A stretch of DNA of 64,000 bases, taken from assembly GCF_044704955.1 (NCBI RefSeq), contig NC_091999.1, positions 65,596,001 to 65,660,000 on the forward strand, read 5' to 3'. Below the pieces are notes generated by a model. That model did not search any database, had not been told where the DNA came from, and saw only the letters and a list, made by a program, of their open reading frames with translations. The position numbers were made by a program, and so were the translations under genes. Shown one piece after another: positions 13,277 through 25,204 of the stretch (position 1 is its first letter; the number at the start of each line of letters is the position of its first letter). This DNA comes from Pristiophorus japonicus. Taxonomy: Eukaryota.

Positions 13277-13638
13277 GTATCCAGACGGATATGGTGTTGA
13301 CTCAGCCCGAGGCAGAGAGCAGGATTCCCGGAGGCTCCATGACTTTGAACTGTAAATCAAGCGGGCTCAGTCTTAGCAGCGACAGATTGAGCTGGATCCG
13401 CCAGAATCCAGGACAGGGGTTGGAGTGGCTGGTTTACTTCAGCAGTCCGTCGCGCAGGTATTAAGCCCTTGAGACTGAGACCGATTTAGTGCATCGAAAG
13501 ACACTTCAAACAGTATCTTCACGTTGGATATGAAGAATCTAAGGTCCGAAGGCACCGCCATATATTACTGTGGAAGGGACGTTGGCTGGTACTCTCTCGC
13601 CGAGTGGGGACAGGGGACATTGTTGACAGTGCCGACAG
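13277..13638 (+). pseudogene. Germline-joined VDJ exon (IgM-type VH)
   Basis: Acceptor tttttcacag; IQTDMVLTQPEAESRIPGGSMTLNCKSSG..WIRQNPGQGLEWLV; TAA at 13462-13464; 1-nt deletion near 13480; then [52 protein letters not shown]; GT donor at 13639. Confidence 0.95.
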
Positions 13639-13775
13639 GTACAAGGAAAACATACACTGATTCGGTAACTGTTGGATTTGAGTCTTTATTTTACATTTCT
13701 GTTTATTTCAATAATTCATTCATTCACTGAAACTTGGGTTCGCTGGGTTCTGTATTGAGATTGTTTGCAATGTTT

Positions 13776-15966
13776 CATAGAAACATAGAAACATAGAAAA
13801 TAGTTGCAGGAGTCGGCCATTCGGCGCTTCTAGCCTGCACCGCCATTCAATGAGTTCATGGCTGAACATGCAACTTCAGTACCCCATTCCTGCTTTCTCA
13901 CCATACCCCTTGATTCCCCTAGTAGAAAGGACTCCATCGAACTCCTTTTTGAATATATTTAGTGAATTGGCCTCAACAAATTTCTGTGGTAGAGAATTCC
14001 ACAGGTTCACCACTCGCTGGGTGAAGAAATTCCTCCTCATCTCGATCCTAAATGGCTTACCCCTTATCCTTACACTGTGTTTCCTGGTTCTGGACTTCCC
14101 CAACATTGGGCACATTCTTCCTACATCTAACCTGTCTAACCCCGTCAGAATTTTAAACGTTTCTATGAGGTCCCCTCTCATTCTTCTGAACTCCAGTGAA
14201 TACAAGCCCAGTTGATCCAGGTCATTCTTGATAGGTCAGTCCCGCCATCCCGGGAATCAGTCTGGTAAACCTTCGCTGCACTCCCACAATAGCAAGAATG
14301 TCCTTCCTCAGGTTAGGAGACCAAAACTGTACACAATACAAAGGTGTGGCCTCAACAAGGCCCTGTACAACTGTAGCAACACCTCCCTGCCCCTGTACTC
14401 AAATCACCTCGCTATGAAGGCCAACATGCCATTTGCTTTCTTAACCGCCTGCTGTACCTGCATGCCAACCTTCAATGACTGATCTACCATGACACCCAGG
14501 TCACATTGCACCTCCCCTTTTCCTAATCTGTCACCATTCAGATAATACTCTGTCTCTCTGTTTTTACCACCTCACATTTATCCACATTATACTTCATCTG
14601 CCATGCATTTGCCCACTCACCTACCCTATCCAAGTCGTTCTGCAGCCTCATAGCATCCTCCTCGCAGCTCACACTGCCACCCAATTAGTGTCATCCGCAA
14701 ATTTGGAGATACTACATTTAATCCCCTCGTCTAAATCATTAATGTTCAGTGTAAACAGCTGGGGCCCCAGCACAGTACCTTGCGGTACCCCTCTAGTCAC
14801 TGCCTGCCATTCTGAAAAGTCCCCATTTACTCCTACTCTTTGCGCCCTGTCTGACAACCAGCTCTCAATCCATATCAGCACACTGCCCCCAATGCCATGA
14901 GCTTTAACTTTGCACATTAATCTCTTGTGTGGGACCTTGTCGAAAGCCTTCTGAAAGTCCAAATATACCACATCAACAGTTCTCCCTTGTCCACTCTACT
15001 GGTACATCCTCAAGAAAGTCCAGAAGATTTGTCAAGCATGATTTCCCTTTCACAAATCCATGCTGACTGGGACCTATCATATCACCTCTTTCGAAATGCA
15101 CTGCTATGAAATCCTTAATAATTGATTCCATCATTTTACGCACGACCGATGTCAGGCTGACTGGTCTATAATTCCCTGTTATCTCTCTCACTCCGTTTTT
15201 AAAAAGTGGGGTTACATTGGCTACCCTCCACTCCATAGGAACTGATCCAACGTCAATGGAATGTTGGAAAATGACTGTCAATGCCTCCACTATTTCCAAG
15301 GCCATCTCCTGAAGTATTCTGGGATGCAGTCCATCAGGCCCTAGGGATTTATCGGCCTTCAATCCAATCAATTTCCCCAACACAATTTCCCGACTAATAA
15401 GGATTTCCCTCAGTTCCTCCTCCTTACTCGACCCTCCGACCCCTTTTATATCCGAAAGGTTGTTTGTGTCTTCCTCAGTGAATACCGAACCAAAGTACTT
15501 GTTCAATTGGTCCGCCATTTCTTTGTTCCCCGTTATGACTTCCCCTGATTATGACTGCAGGAGACCTACGTTTGTCTTTACGAACCTTTTTCTCTTTACA
15601 TATCTATATAAACTTTTGCAATCCGTCTTAATGTTCCCTGCAAGCTTCTTCTCTTATTCCATTTTCCCTGCCCTAATCAAACCCTTTGTCCTCCTCTGCT
15701 GAGTTCTAAATTTCTCCCAGTCCCCGGGTTCGCTGCTAATTCTGGCCAATTTGTATGCCACTTCCTTGGCTTTAATACTATCCCTGACTTCCCTTGATAG
15801 CCACGGTTGAGCCACCTTCCCTTTTTTATTTTTACGCCAGACAGGAATGTACAATTGTTGTAGTTCATCCATGCGGTCTCTAAATGTCTGCCATTGCCCA
15901 TCCACAGTCAACCCCTTCAGGATCATTCGCCAATCTATCCTAGCCAATTCACGCCTCATACCTTCA
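13776..15966 (-). mobile_element. CR1 LINE, 5'-truncated, well preserved
   Basis: [36 protein letters not shown]; (TTTCTATG)n tail at 13776. Confidence 0.97.
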
Positions 15967-16605
15967 AATTGATATAGGATAGTGTTGTACTATTGCATGC
16001 TATTACTATATTATAATAATATAATTTGTATTAATTTCAAACTGTTTCAAGCTTTAAAATTGTTAATTTAATGGTTATTACATACAGTACCTTCATGTGA
16101 TACTGCTGCAAAGCGTTTATGGAACTAAACTGCTTCTCCACAGAACATGATGTTGAGCGATTGGGCCCCTTATTGATGTGATTTGGTGTTTATCTGTTGA
16201 TCGGAATGTGCACCTAGATTACTTTTAATGCCCAATGGTTCTTAAATGGATTGGTGTTTCTACAATGTTTACTCTCGGTGACATCTAATGAGTTCAGTTT
16301 TTCTGACCAAATGTAAATATTACGCTTCAATATGTTTGAAATAAGATTTTAGGCAAAACACAGACAGCTTTAGCAGTCAAAAATAATCTTCATATATTTT
16401 AAAAATCTTTTAAATCAGATATTTACCATTGTCACCAAATAATCTAATGTTCACTATTGGTCATATTTAAAACGTGAAATGTTATTGTATGTAATATCCA
16501 TTTAATTAACAATTTTAAAGCTTGAAACATCTTGAAATTAATACAAATTAAATTATTATAATATAGTAATAGCATGCAACGTACAACACTATCCTATATC
16601 AATTT
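15967..16605. repeat. Inverted repeat, arms approx. 15967-16091 and 16483-16605
   Basis: About 125-bp arms, near-identical reverse complements. Confidence 0.9.
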
Positions 16606-17313
16606 CAATTTGTTAAGCATGATCCGTCTACTCACAAATCTGCTGTCCTTATTTTATACCTCCTCTGAGTTCAATAATTATTTCATTCAGTGATAGACGG
16701 GTTCAGTGGATACTGTCGTGAGGTTCGTTTTGGCAAAATAACATTTGATTATCCTGAAAGGGTTCACAGAATTAAGCTGCCGGTTCACAAAACATCCAAT
16801 TGCGGGATTCAGCCCCTAAGTGCTGTGATTTGCTATTTATCTGCTTCCCAGAGTGTGTGGCTGTGTGAATTGGAATAACTAAACATTGTGAAACTGTTTG
16901 GCTTCTGTGCGATGTTTAATCTCAGTGACATCGATCTGCTGCAGGTTTTTATGATCCGTTGTAAACTATTTGAAATATTATTGTAGGCAGACAACAATTA
17001 GGTTTTATAAATCAGATAATTTACTCCATCTGTGTATTTAAGTGGTAAATTCAGATTCAGCTGTTAATCTACGGTTTAAGGTGCACACATACTTGAAATT
17101 TTCCTGTAATTACGAATTATTCAACTAAAAATGTGCAGGTTTAAGGAGAGTTGGATTAATATCACTCAAAATAATATAATGCGGTAGTATTGCCCAGTAT
17201 CACTAAACATGGTACAGCATTAATATGAATGCATTGAACATGAGTCACATTCCAAAATTCTGCTGTGCACTGGTCACAATTAACGTAAGCAGAAAATTTA
17301 AGAGCATGGAGAC

Positions 17314-20300
17314 TGTAAATTCCTGTCCCTGGAGTACAGACTCACACGAGGCACATGCTGAAGTCAAGGTCACTCAGGTCCTTCACTTTTATTTCACAGC
17401 TCTCGAATGCCGCACTTGCCTGAGACCTCTCTTCATACACCTGTGTGGAACAGGTATGCAGCGTACATGCAAGTGCACCCCTGATGGTAAGTTATGCTTG
17501 TGGTTACAGGTCATATCTAGTTACAGTCATGTATAGCATGGTAAGATACAGTTATGTACAGTAATGTGAGATACATGATATCATCCTCCCCAAAGGTCAT
17601 ATTGTCTTTAAACATTCAGTTTCTCAGGTGGTCTACGCTCTCGCGTGGAGCGTCTTGGTTGTGGTTCAGTTCTTTCACTTGTTGCCTGTTTTTTTTTCGG
17701 TGTGATTGTTGGTATCTCACCTGGGCTGTCTGTTGAGATAGCCCTTTCCTCGGGTTGTTCCCTCTGTCTGTCCACCAGGTGTGGTGTGAGTTCCACTTTG
17801 TAGTCTGCCTCTGTTTCTGCAGTGTTGTTGGTGAATCAACTTTTTATTGGTCGACATGCCTCCGGCTGATTTGGCCATTTTCCACTTGTACCACCAGTAG
17901 CGTGTTTCCTTCCTTGCCTGTTACTGTCCCTGCAAGCCATTTGGGACCCCTGCCATAGTTCAGCACAAACACTTTGTCCCCGATCTCATTCCACCTCCCC
18001 CTCTAATTTCGTTTATGGTACTCAGTTAACCTATGGGGCTTTGCCTCAACAATTTCATGCATCTCCGGGAGGATAAACGAGAGAATTGTCATTAAGGTCC
18101 CTTTCATTAATAGTTGCGCTGAGGGAACCCCAGTCAATAAATGCGGACGAGATCTGTTTGCCAGCAGCAGTCTCTCGTTTCAGTCCTGTTCTTCAGACCC
18201 TTCCGTGGTCGCCAGGGATACCCTGCTTAGCGCGTCGGCACAGTTGTCTGTGCCTCGTCTGTGCCTTATTGTGCAACGTAAGACGCCAACATGAGTGCCC
18301 ATCGCTGAATGCGCGCCGAGGCGTTGGTGTTTATTGCCTTGCTCTCAGATAGTAGGGACGTGAGAGGCTTGTGGTCGGTTTCTAACGCGAACTTGGCCCC
18401 CAAAAGTTATTGGTGCATCTTTTTGACATTGTACACGCAAACAAGCGCCTCATTCTCCACCATACCGTAGCCACGCTCTGCCCATGAAAATGACCTAGAG
18501 GCATAAGTTATGGGTTGTAATTTACCCGTCCCATTGACATGCTGTAAAACGCAACTGATCCCATACACTGACGCGTCACATGTAAGAAGTAGCTTTTTAC
18601 CTGGATCAAAAAAAAACACTGTTGGAACATCGAAGGTCGCGTGCCTAATGGAAGGCGTGATCCTGGGCGTCACCCCAAAACCAATCGCATCCCTTTCTGA
18701 GTAGCACGTGGAGAGGCTCCAGCAGCATGCTTAATTTGTGCATTAAATTCCCAAAGAAATTGAGCAGCCCGAGAAAGACGTGCCGTTCTGAGACATTCGG
18801 GCGCCTGGGTGCCAGACGAATTGCTTCGGTTTTGGATTCGTTTTGGCGGCTTCCATTTGCGGCAATCCTTCTGCCCAAAAATTCAACCTCAGGTGCGAGA
18901 AACAGAGACGTCGATTTCTTAACTCTTAGGCCTACCTGATCCAACCGCATTAGTACTTCCTCCAAATTTCGGAGATGGGAGTCGGTGTCCATGCCCGTGA
19001 TAAGTATATCGTCTTGAAACACAACCGTCCCCGGGATGGACTTGAGCAAAATCTCCATGTTGCGCTGGAATATGGCAGCTGCCGACCTGATGCTGAATGG
19101 GCATCGATTGTGCATGAAAATGCCTCGATGTGTGTTGATGGTGGTGTGTAGCTTAGACTCTTCGGTCAGTTCTTGCGTCATGTATGCAGATGTGAGGTCT
19201 AGTTTCGAGAAACGTTTTCCTCCAGCCAATATAGCAAATAGGTCCTCCGCTCCAGGCAGCAGGTATTGGTCGTGTAGGGAGACTCTGTTTATGGTAGATT
19301 TGTATTCCCCAGAGATTCGTACGGATCCTTCAGGCTTCATGACTAGAACGATGGGATTTGCCCAGTCGCTAAATTCCACGGGTAATGTAATGCCTTCCCG
19401 CAGAAGCCTGTCCAGTTCAAGTTAAATCTTTACCCCTATCACATTGGGCACAGCTTTAGCCTTTTGGTGGAACGGTCTAGCATCCTGTGTGAAGTAGATT
19501 TGAACATTAGCCCGTTTGAAGGTGCCCACACCTGGCTGAAAGAGATGTTCAAATGGATTTAGAACTGTTGAGCAGGAGATCCGTTCCTCTGACGACATGG
19601 CGTGAACATCATCCCATTTCCAATTTAGTTTTGCCAGCCAACTTCTCCCCAGCAGTGTTGGGAGATCGCCGCGGACAATCCACAGGGGAAGTCGTTCACT
19701 GTCCCTTTGTGTGTGACTGAGAGCATGGCGCTGCCAAGGAGTGGGACGATTTCTTTTGGTGTGTTTGTTTGTATCTCGCCTGGGCTGTTTGTTTCATTCA
19801 GTATGATTGTTGGTATCTGGCGACAGACGGCTCTGTAGCGTGGAACCTTGGATTTTAAGCATGCCTTGTTTAATGATTAGCACTGCTCGCTCCGCCTGGC
19901 CATTGGAGGGCGGCTTGAACGGTGCCGTCTTAACGTTATTTATGTCGTGGTCAACTATAAAATCTTGGAATTCTTCGCTGGTGAAGCACGGACCATTATC
20001 ACTGACCAATATGTCAGGAATTCCGTATATTGTAAACATGGTCCCAAGGCTCTCCACCATGGTGGAGGTGGCGCTCGAATTTAAAATGGTGTATTCGATC
20101 CACTTTGAAAATGCATCGACGACTACGAGGATCACTTTGCCAATGAATGGGCTCGCATAGTCTACGTGCACCCGCGACTAGGGCCAGGTACTCCGTGGGG
20201 CCTCCCTGTGGGCATTACTGAGTTGGGCACAAATGGTGTACCCTCGGACGCAGTGTTCCAAGTCCGCATCAATGCCAGGCTAGCAGACGTGGGATCTGGC

Positions 20301-23300
20301 TATGGCCTTCATGAGAATGATCCCCGGGTGCTCGCGGTGGAGCTCCACGACAAATGCCTCTCTGCCTCGCAGAGGCATAAGTACTCAACTGTCCCACATC
20401 AGCCATTCTGCCTGTAGAGATAGTTCATGCATGCGCCTGTGGAAAGCTTTGATCTCCTAGGGGCAGTAATCGCGAGCCTCTGCCCAGTCACCAGTTAAGA
20501 CACATCGTTTGACTAAGGATAACGTGGTGTCGCTGGTCGCCCAGGCTCTGATTTGGCGAGCAGTCATGGGCAAACCTATGGACTCAAAGGCATTGATTGC
20601 CATGACTATCTCACAGTCCTGTTCATCAGACACTTCCATGGTCGCCATGCGTAGCCTGCTAAGCGCTTTGGCACAGTTGCCTGTGCCTGGTCTGTGCCTT
20701 ATCGTGTAGTCATAAGACGCCAGCATGAGTGTCCACCATTGGCGTTTGGCGTTTATTGCCTTGCTCTCAGATAGTTAGGATGTGAGGGGCTTGTGGTCAG
20801 TTTCTAACGCGACCTTGGCTCCGAAAATGTATTGGTGCATCTTTTTGACACCGTACACGCATGCGAGCGCCTCCTGCACCACCATACCGTACCCGTGCTA
20901 CGCCCACGAAAGTGACCTGGAGGCATAAGCTAAGGGTTGTAATTTACCCGTCCCATTGACATGCTGTAAAACGCAGCCGATCCCATACACTGACGCATCA
21001 CATGTAACAACTAGCTTTTTACCAGGATAAAAAAAAAACACTGTTGGAACGTTGAAGGTTGCATGCCTTATTGAAGGCGCATTCCTGGGCGTCACCCCAA
21101 AACCAATCGCATCCCTTTCTGAGTAGCACGTGGAGAGGCTCCAGCAGCGTGCTTAATTTGTGCATAAAGTTCCCAAGGTAATTGAGTAGCCCAAGAATGG
21201 CGCGCAGTTCTGAGACATTCCCGGGCCTGGGTGCCAGACGAATCGCTTCGGTTCTCGATTCTGTTGGGCGGATTCCATCAGCAGCAATCCTTCTGCCCAT
21301 AAATTCAAACTCGGGCGCGAGAAACAGACCCTTTGATTTATTAACACTTAGGCCTACCCAATCCAACCGCTTTAGTACTTCCTGCAAATTGCGGAAATGG
21401 AAGTCGGTGTCCATGCCCATGATAAGTATGTCGTCTTGAAACACAACTGTGTCCGGGATGGACTTGAGAAAACTATCCATGTTGCGCTGGAATATAGCAG
21501 CTGCCGACCTGATGCCGAATGGGCATCGATTGTACATGAAAATGCCTCGATGTGTGTTGATGGTGGTGAGTAGCTTCGACTCTTCAGTCATTTCTTGCGT
21601 CATGTACATAGAGATGTGGTCTAGTTTCGAGAAAAGCTTTCCTGCAGCCAATGTGGCAATTAGGTCATCCGCTCTGGCCACGGGTATTGATCCTATATGA
21701 AGACTCTATTTATGGTAGATTTGTAATCGCCACAGATTTGTACGGATCCATCAGGCTTCATGACTGGAAATTTGAGATTTGCCCAGTCGCTAAATTCCAC
21801 GGGTGAGATAATGCCTCCTCGGAGAAACCTGTCCAGTTCAAGTTCAATCTTTTCCCTCATCACATAGGGCACAGCTCTAGCCTTTCGATGGACTGGTCTA
21901 GCATCTTGTGTGATGCAGATTTTAACTTTAGCCCGTTTGAAGGTGCCCACACCTGGCTGAAAGAGATGTTCAAATCGACTTAGACCTGTTGAGCAGGAGA
22001 TCCGTTCCTCTGACGACATGGCGCGAACATCATCCCATTTCCAATTTAGTTTTGCCAGCAGTGCTGGGAGATCTCCGGGGACAATCCACAGGGGAATTCG
22101 GTTTACCGTCCCTTTATGTGTGACTGAGAGCATGGCGCTGCAAATGACTGAGACGATTTCTTTGGGAAAGGTCCTTAGTTTGGTGTCGGCCCTTGTGAGC
22201 TTTGATCTGTTGCTTTAGTGTGGTCACAGCTGTTCATATTGTTGAGCGCTCGTGAGCGATTGACTCGCTCCCGTATCCAGTTCCATATTTACGGGTATCC
22301 CTTTAACTAGGACCCCCATCTTTATTGGAGGCGTCTTGTTGTAAGAACAGTGTCCATTGATCGTGTTGACCCGCTGTACCTTGATGTTAAGGGCTCTGTC
22401 ACCACTGTCTTTTGGTCCGCTTTCCGACCCTTCCGATTCGTATACCAGCTGAGCTGCTGTTTTTCTGCGCATGCGGGCCAGATGGGCTGTATAGTTGCAG
22501 TTTCTGCAAACGGCATGCAGAAATCGACACCCCCTTGATGAGTGCCTTCCCCCACATGCCCAGCACAATCCGCTTCCATTGTTTCTGAAGGATGAGCTGC
22601 GTCTGGCTGATCACTCTTGAGCTTCTCTCAGTTTGTAGTTGATTGCTCGCAGTGTGGGTTGATGACGTGTGAACGGCCGTTCTTGCGACCCTTGGTGGTT
22701 TATGGCACTACTGCCTGCTGTTGAGGGCCTGCTCTCCTGCCTTTTTCTGTGTGTGGGGGTGGCGGCTTGTTTCACACTGTGAACCTCTTGTTCCGATGTT
22801 TCGTTAGTTGCCGTACCTGCAGTTTAGATCAAACTCGTTTCGTCTTCTCGTGCCAAAGATGTCTGTGCAACCAGTGCTGCTACCTCTAGGGTCAAGTTCT
22901 TGTTCTCCATATGCTTTCGAAATGTGCCTGCATGGCCTATTCCTTCAATAAACAAAGTCTCCCAGTACTTCTCTCCTTAGTTCATCGGAGAACTCACCTA
23001 AACTATCCAGCCTCCGATGTTTCGCCACAAAGTCGGGTATGCTCTGGCCCACGCAGCGTCTGTAGTTGTAGAAGCTTTGCCTGGCCATGTGTCGGCTGCT
23101 CGCTGGCTTCAGGTCGTCTCTTACCATGTGCTCAACTCTTCAAACTGGTTTCTCGGGTGCCAGCAGGTCCTTCATTAAGGCGTATGTTTTCGAGCCACAG
23201 CTGGTCAAGAGATGGGCTCTTCCCTTGTCTGCGTTATCGTCGCCTAACCAGTCTTTGGTTTCAAAGCTTTGCTGGAGCCTTTCTATAAAGTCCTCCCAAT

Positions 23301-23648
23301 TAGCTCCAGCATTGTATTTTTCATCTGAGCCGTTGGTCGCCATTCTGTGGATTCTGTAATCCCGAAACTCGTCGCAGCTGTAAAGTCCTGTCCCTGGAGT
23401 ACAGACTCACACGAGGCACATGCTGACGTCAAGGTCACTCAGGACCTGCACCTTTATTTCACAGCTCTCGAATGCCGCACAATGCCTGAGACCTCTATTT
23501 ATATACCTGTGTGGAGTAGTTATGAAGTGTTTCCTGAAAGTGCACATTTGATGGTAAGGTATGCTTGCGGGTTACAGGTCATAACTCGTTACAGTCAGGT
23601 ATAGCATGGTAAAATACAGTTATGTATAGTAATGTGAGATAAATGACA
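17314..23648 (-). mobile_element. Mag-type Gypsy LTR retrotransposon, both LTRs present, decayed, with internal pol duplication
   Basis: LTRs 17314-17580 and 23379-23648; TSD GAGAC/GAGTC; degenerate PBS GCTGCGACGAG; gag MATNGSDEKY.., CWAC zinc knuckle, protease MELDTGA, RT FQDD, integrase HVDYASPF/VSDNGPCF; PPT next to 17581. Confidence 0.95.
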
Positions 23649-23940
23649 GAGTCAATTTCTGATTATATTTGAAATTATTTTATTAATGGCGGACTATTCC
23701 ACTACAGTTCAATGAGATAAAAAAAAATAAATGTTTAAAATTTATTGTTATCTCCCTGTTTTACGCAGATTGTCAATTACATGCGAGTTGTAAATTGCAG
23801 TTTGTAAATGTCATAAATCTGTCGGGTTATTAAATTCTTATTGTTCAGCCGATATCGTTTAATTTCGTCCGTATTATTTGTTGTTTGATAACGAGCCAAT
23901 TATTAATAAACTAACCTGAAATCGTTCTTAAGATCATGAC

Positions 23941-24375
23941 TTGAATAACAACACCCTGTCCCAATAGCCGTGCTGCAAACGGGACAGAAATATAGATAGT
24001 GAACAGATTGTAACTGGGAGATATATTTAATTCTCATTCATGATAAATTGATTAACACAATCTCTTCTACACTTGTTCATTGCATTTCAGTGTCGCTGGC
24101 AGTCAAAGCATGGTTTATATGACTCTATTTAAACTGAGTAAGGCTGGAGACAGGCACATAACCCATTGAAATTCAAGCAGATTTATTTAATTACAAAAGG
24201 TCATTGTTATTTTTAAATTGAATAACAACATCCTGTCTCCCACATAGCTGTGCTGCACACGGGATAGAATTATCGACAGTGAACAGATTACAATTGAGAA
24301 TTATATTTAATTCCCATTCATGGTAAATTGATCAACAACATCTCTCCTCCATTTGCTCATTGCATTTCAGTGCCG
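23941..24375 (+). repeat. Direct repeat of about 155 bp (23941-24095 and 24218-24375)
   Basis: Both copies begin ttgaataacaaca and end cattgcatttcagtg. Confidence 0.85.
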
Positions 24376-25204
24376 TAATTGGCCTGAATGGTTTGTTCCC
24401 CGCCAGTTCTTTTGATCATTCTCGAACGTAGTTTCAATAAATAGCAGAACATATTTGATAATTCATTTAAGGGCATTCTGTTAAATATGGGAGTATAATT
24501 TAAAAAGATTGACTGTGTTATTAAATAGCCGGGAATCTGTTACTGACTACCTGTTGCTTTTACTTCATAAAACATTATTTTGTAGATAAGATTTAGGATA
24601 ATGTTTAAACTGGAGGGCCCTGATTTAGTAAACTCACGGCGTTACAACCCATCGGTAGTGAGTGAGATCTAACCAGGGCCACAATTTGAACAATTTAAAA
24701 TAGTCCACTCCTAAATTCATCATGTGGAATGCAGTCTGAGAATATATGGAGTTTATGTTGTCTCAGAGAGTTCAGTCATATGCAGTTTACAAGTGTTTAT
24801 ATAGAGAGCGGGAATGTGTTGGAATTAGTGACCGTTTTAACTTTTTCAACTTAATTTAAGTAAAAATAATATATTTGTCTAAATGTCTGTATCTATTAAT
24901 ATGAGTCATAATATTTTAATATTGATAAATGCCATGTTAATTTAACTGAAACCATAATTTTTCGCAAGTTAACTGTTAGAAACAGGATTAAAATGAATAA
25001 CAACTAATTGTATTATAATTCAGTAAAACATCAGCTAACATCAATGTTCTTTTAAAATATATCATTGCAAATTTATTAAACAAAAACGACCTTTCACAAC
25101 TGAGTTGTATACTGGATAGGATTACAGTTACTGCAAAATTTCAAGGGTTGGAGAGAATGTTAAATTATGTCTAAAATGAATTCAGAAAACAATACATATA
25201 TTAC

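Noticed and set aside
17255-17290. Possible second J segment (LVTIN followed by GTAAGC)
   Set aside because: No WGxG motif and no upstream RSS; compatible with chance
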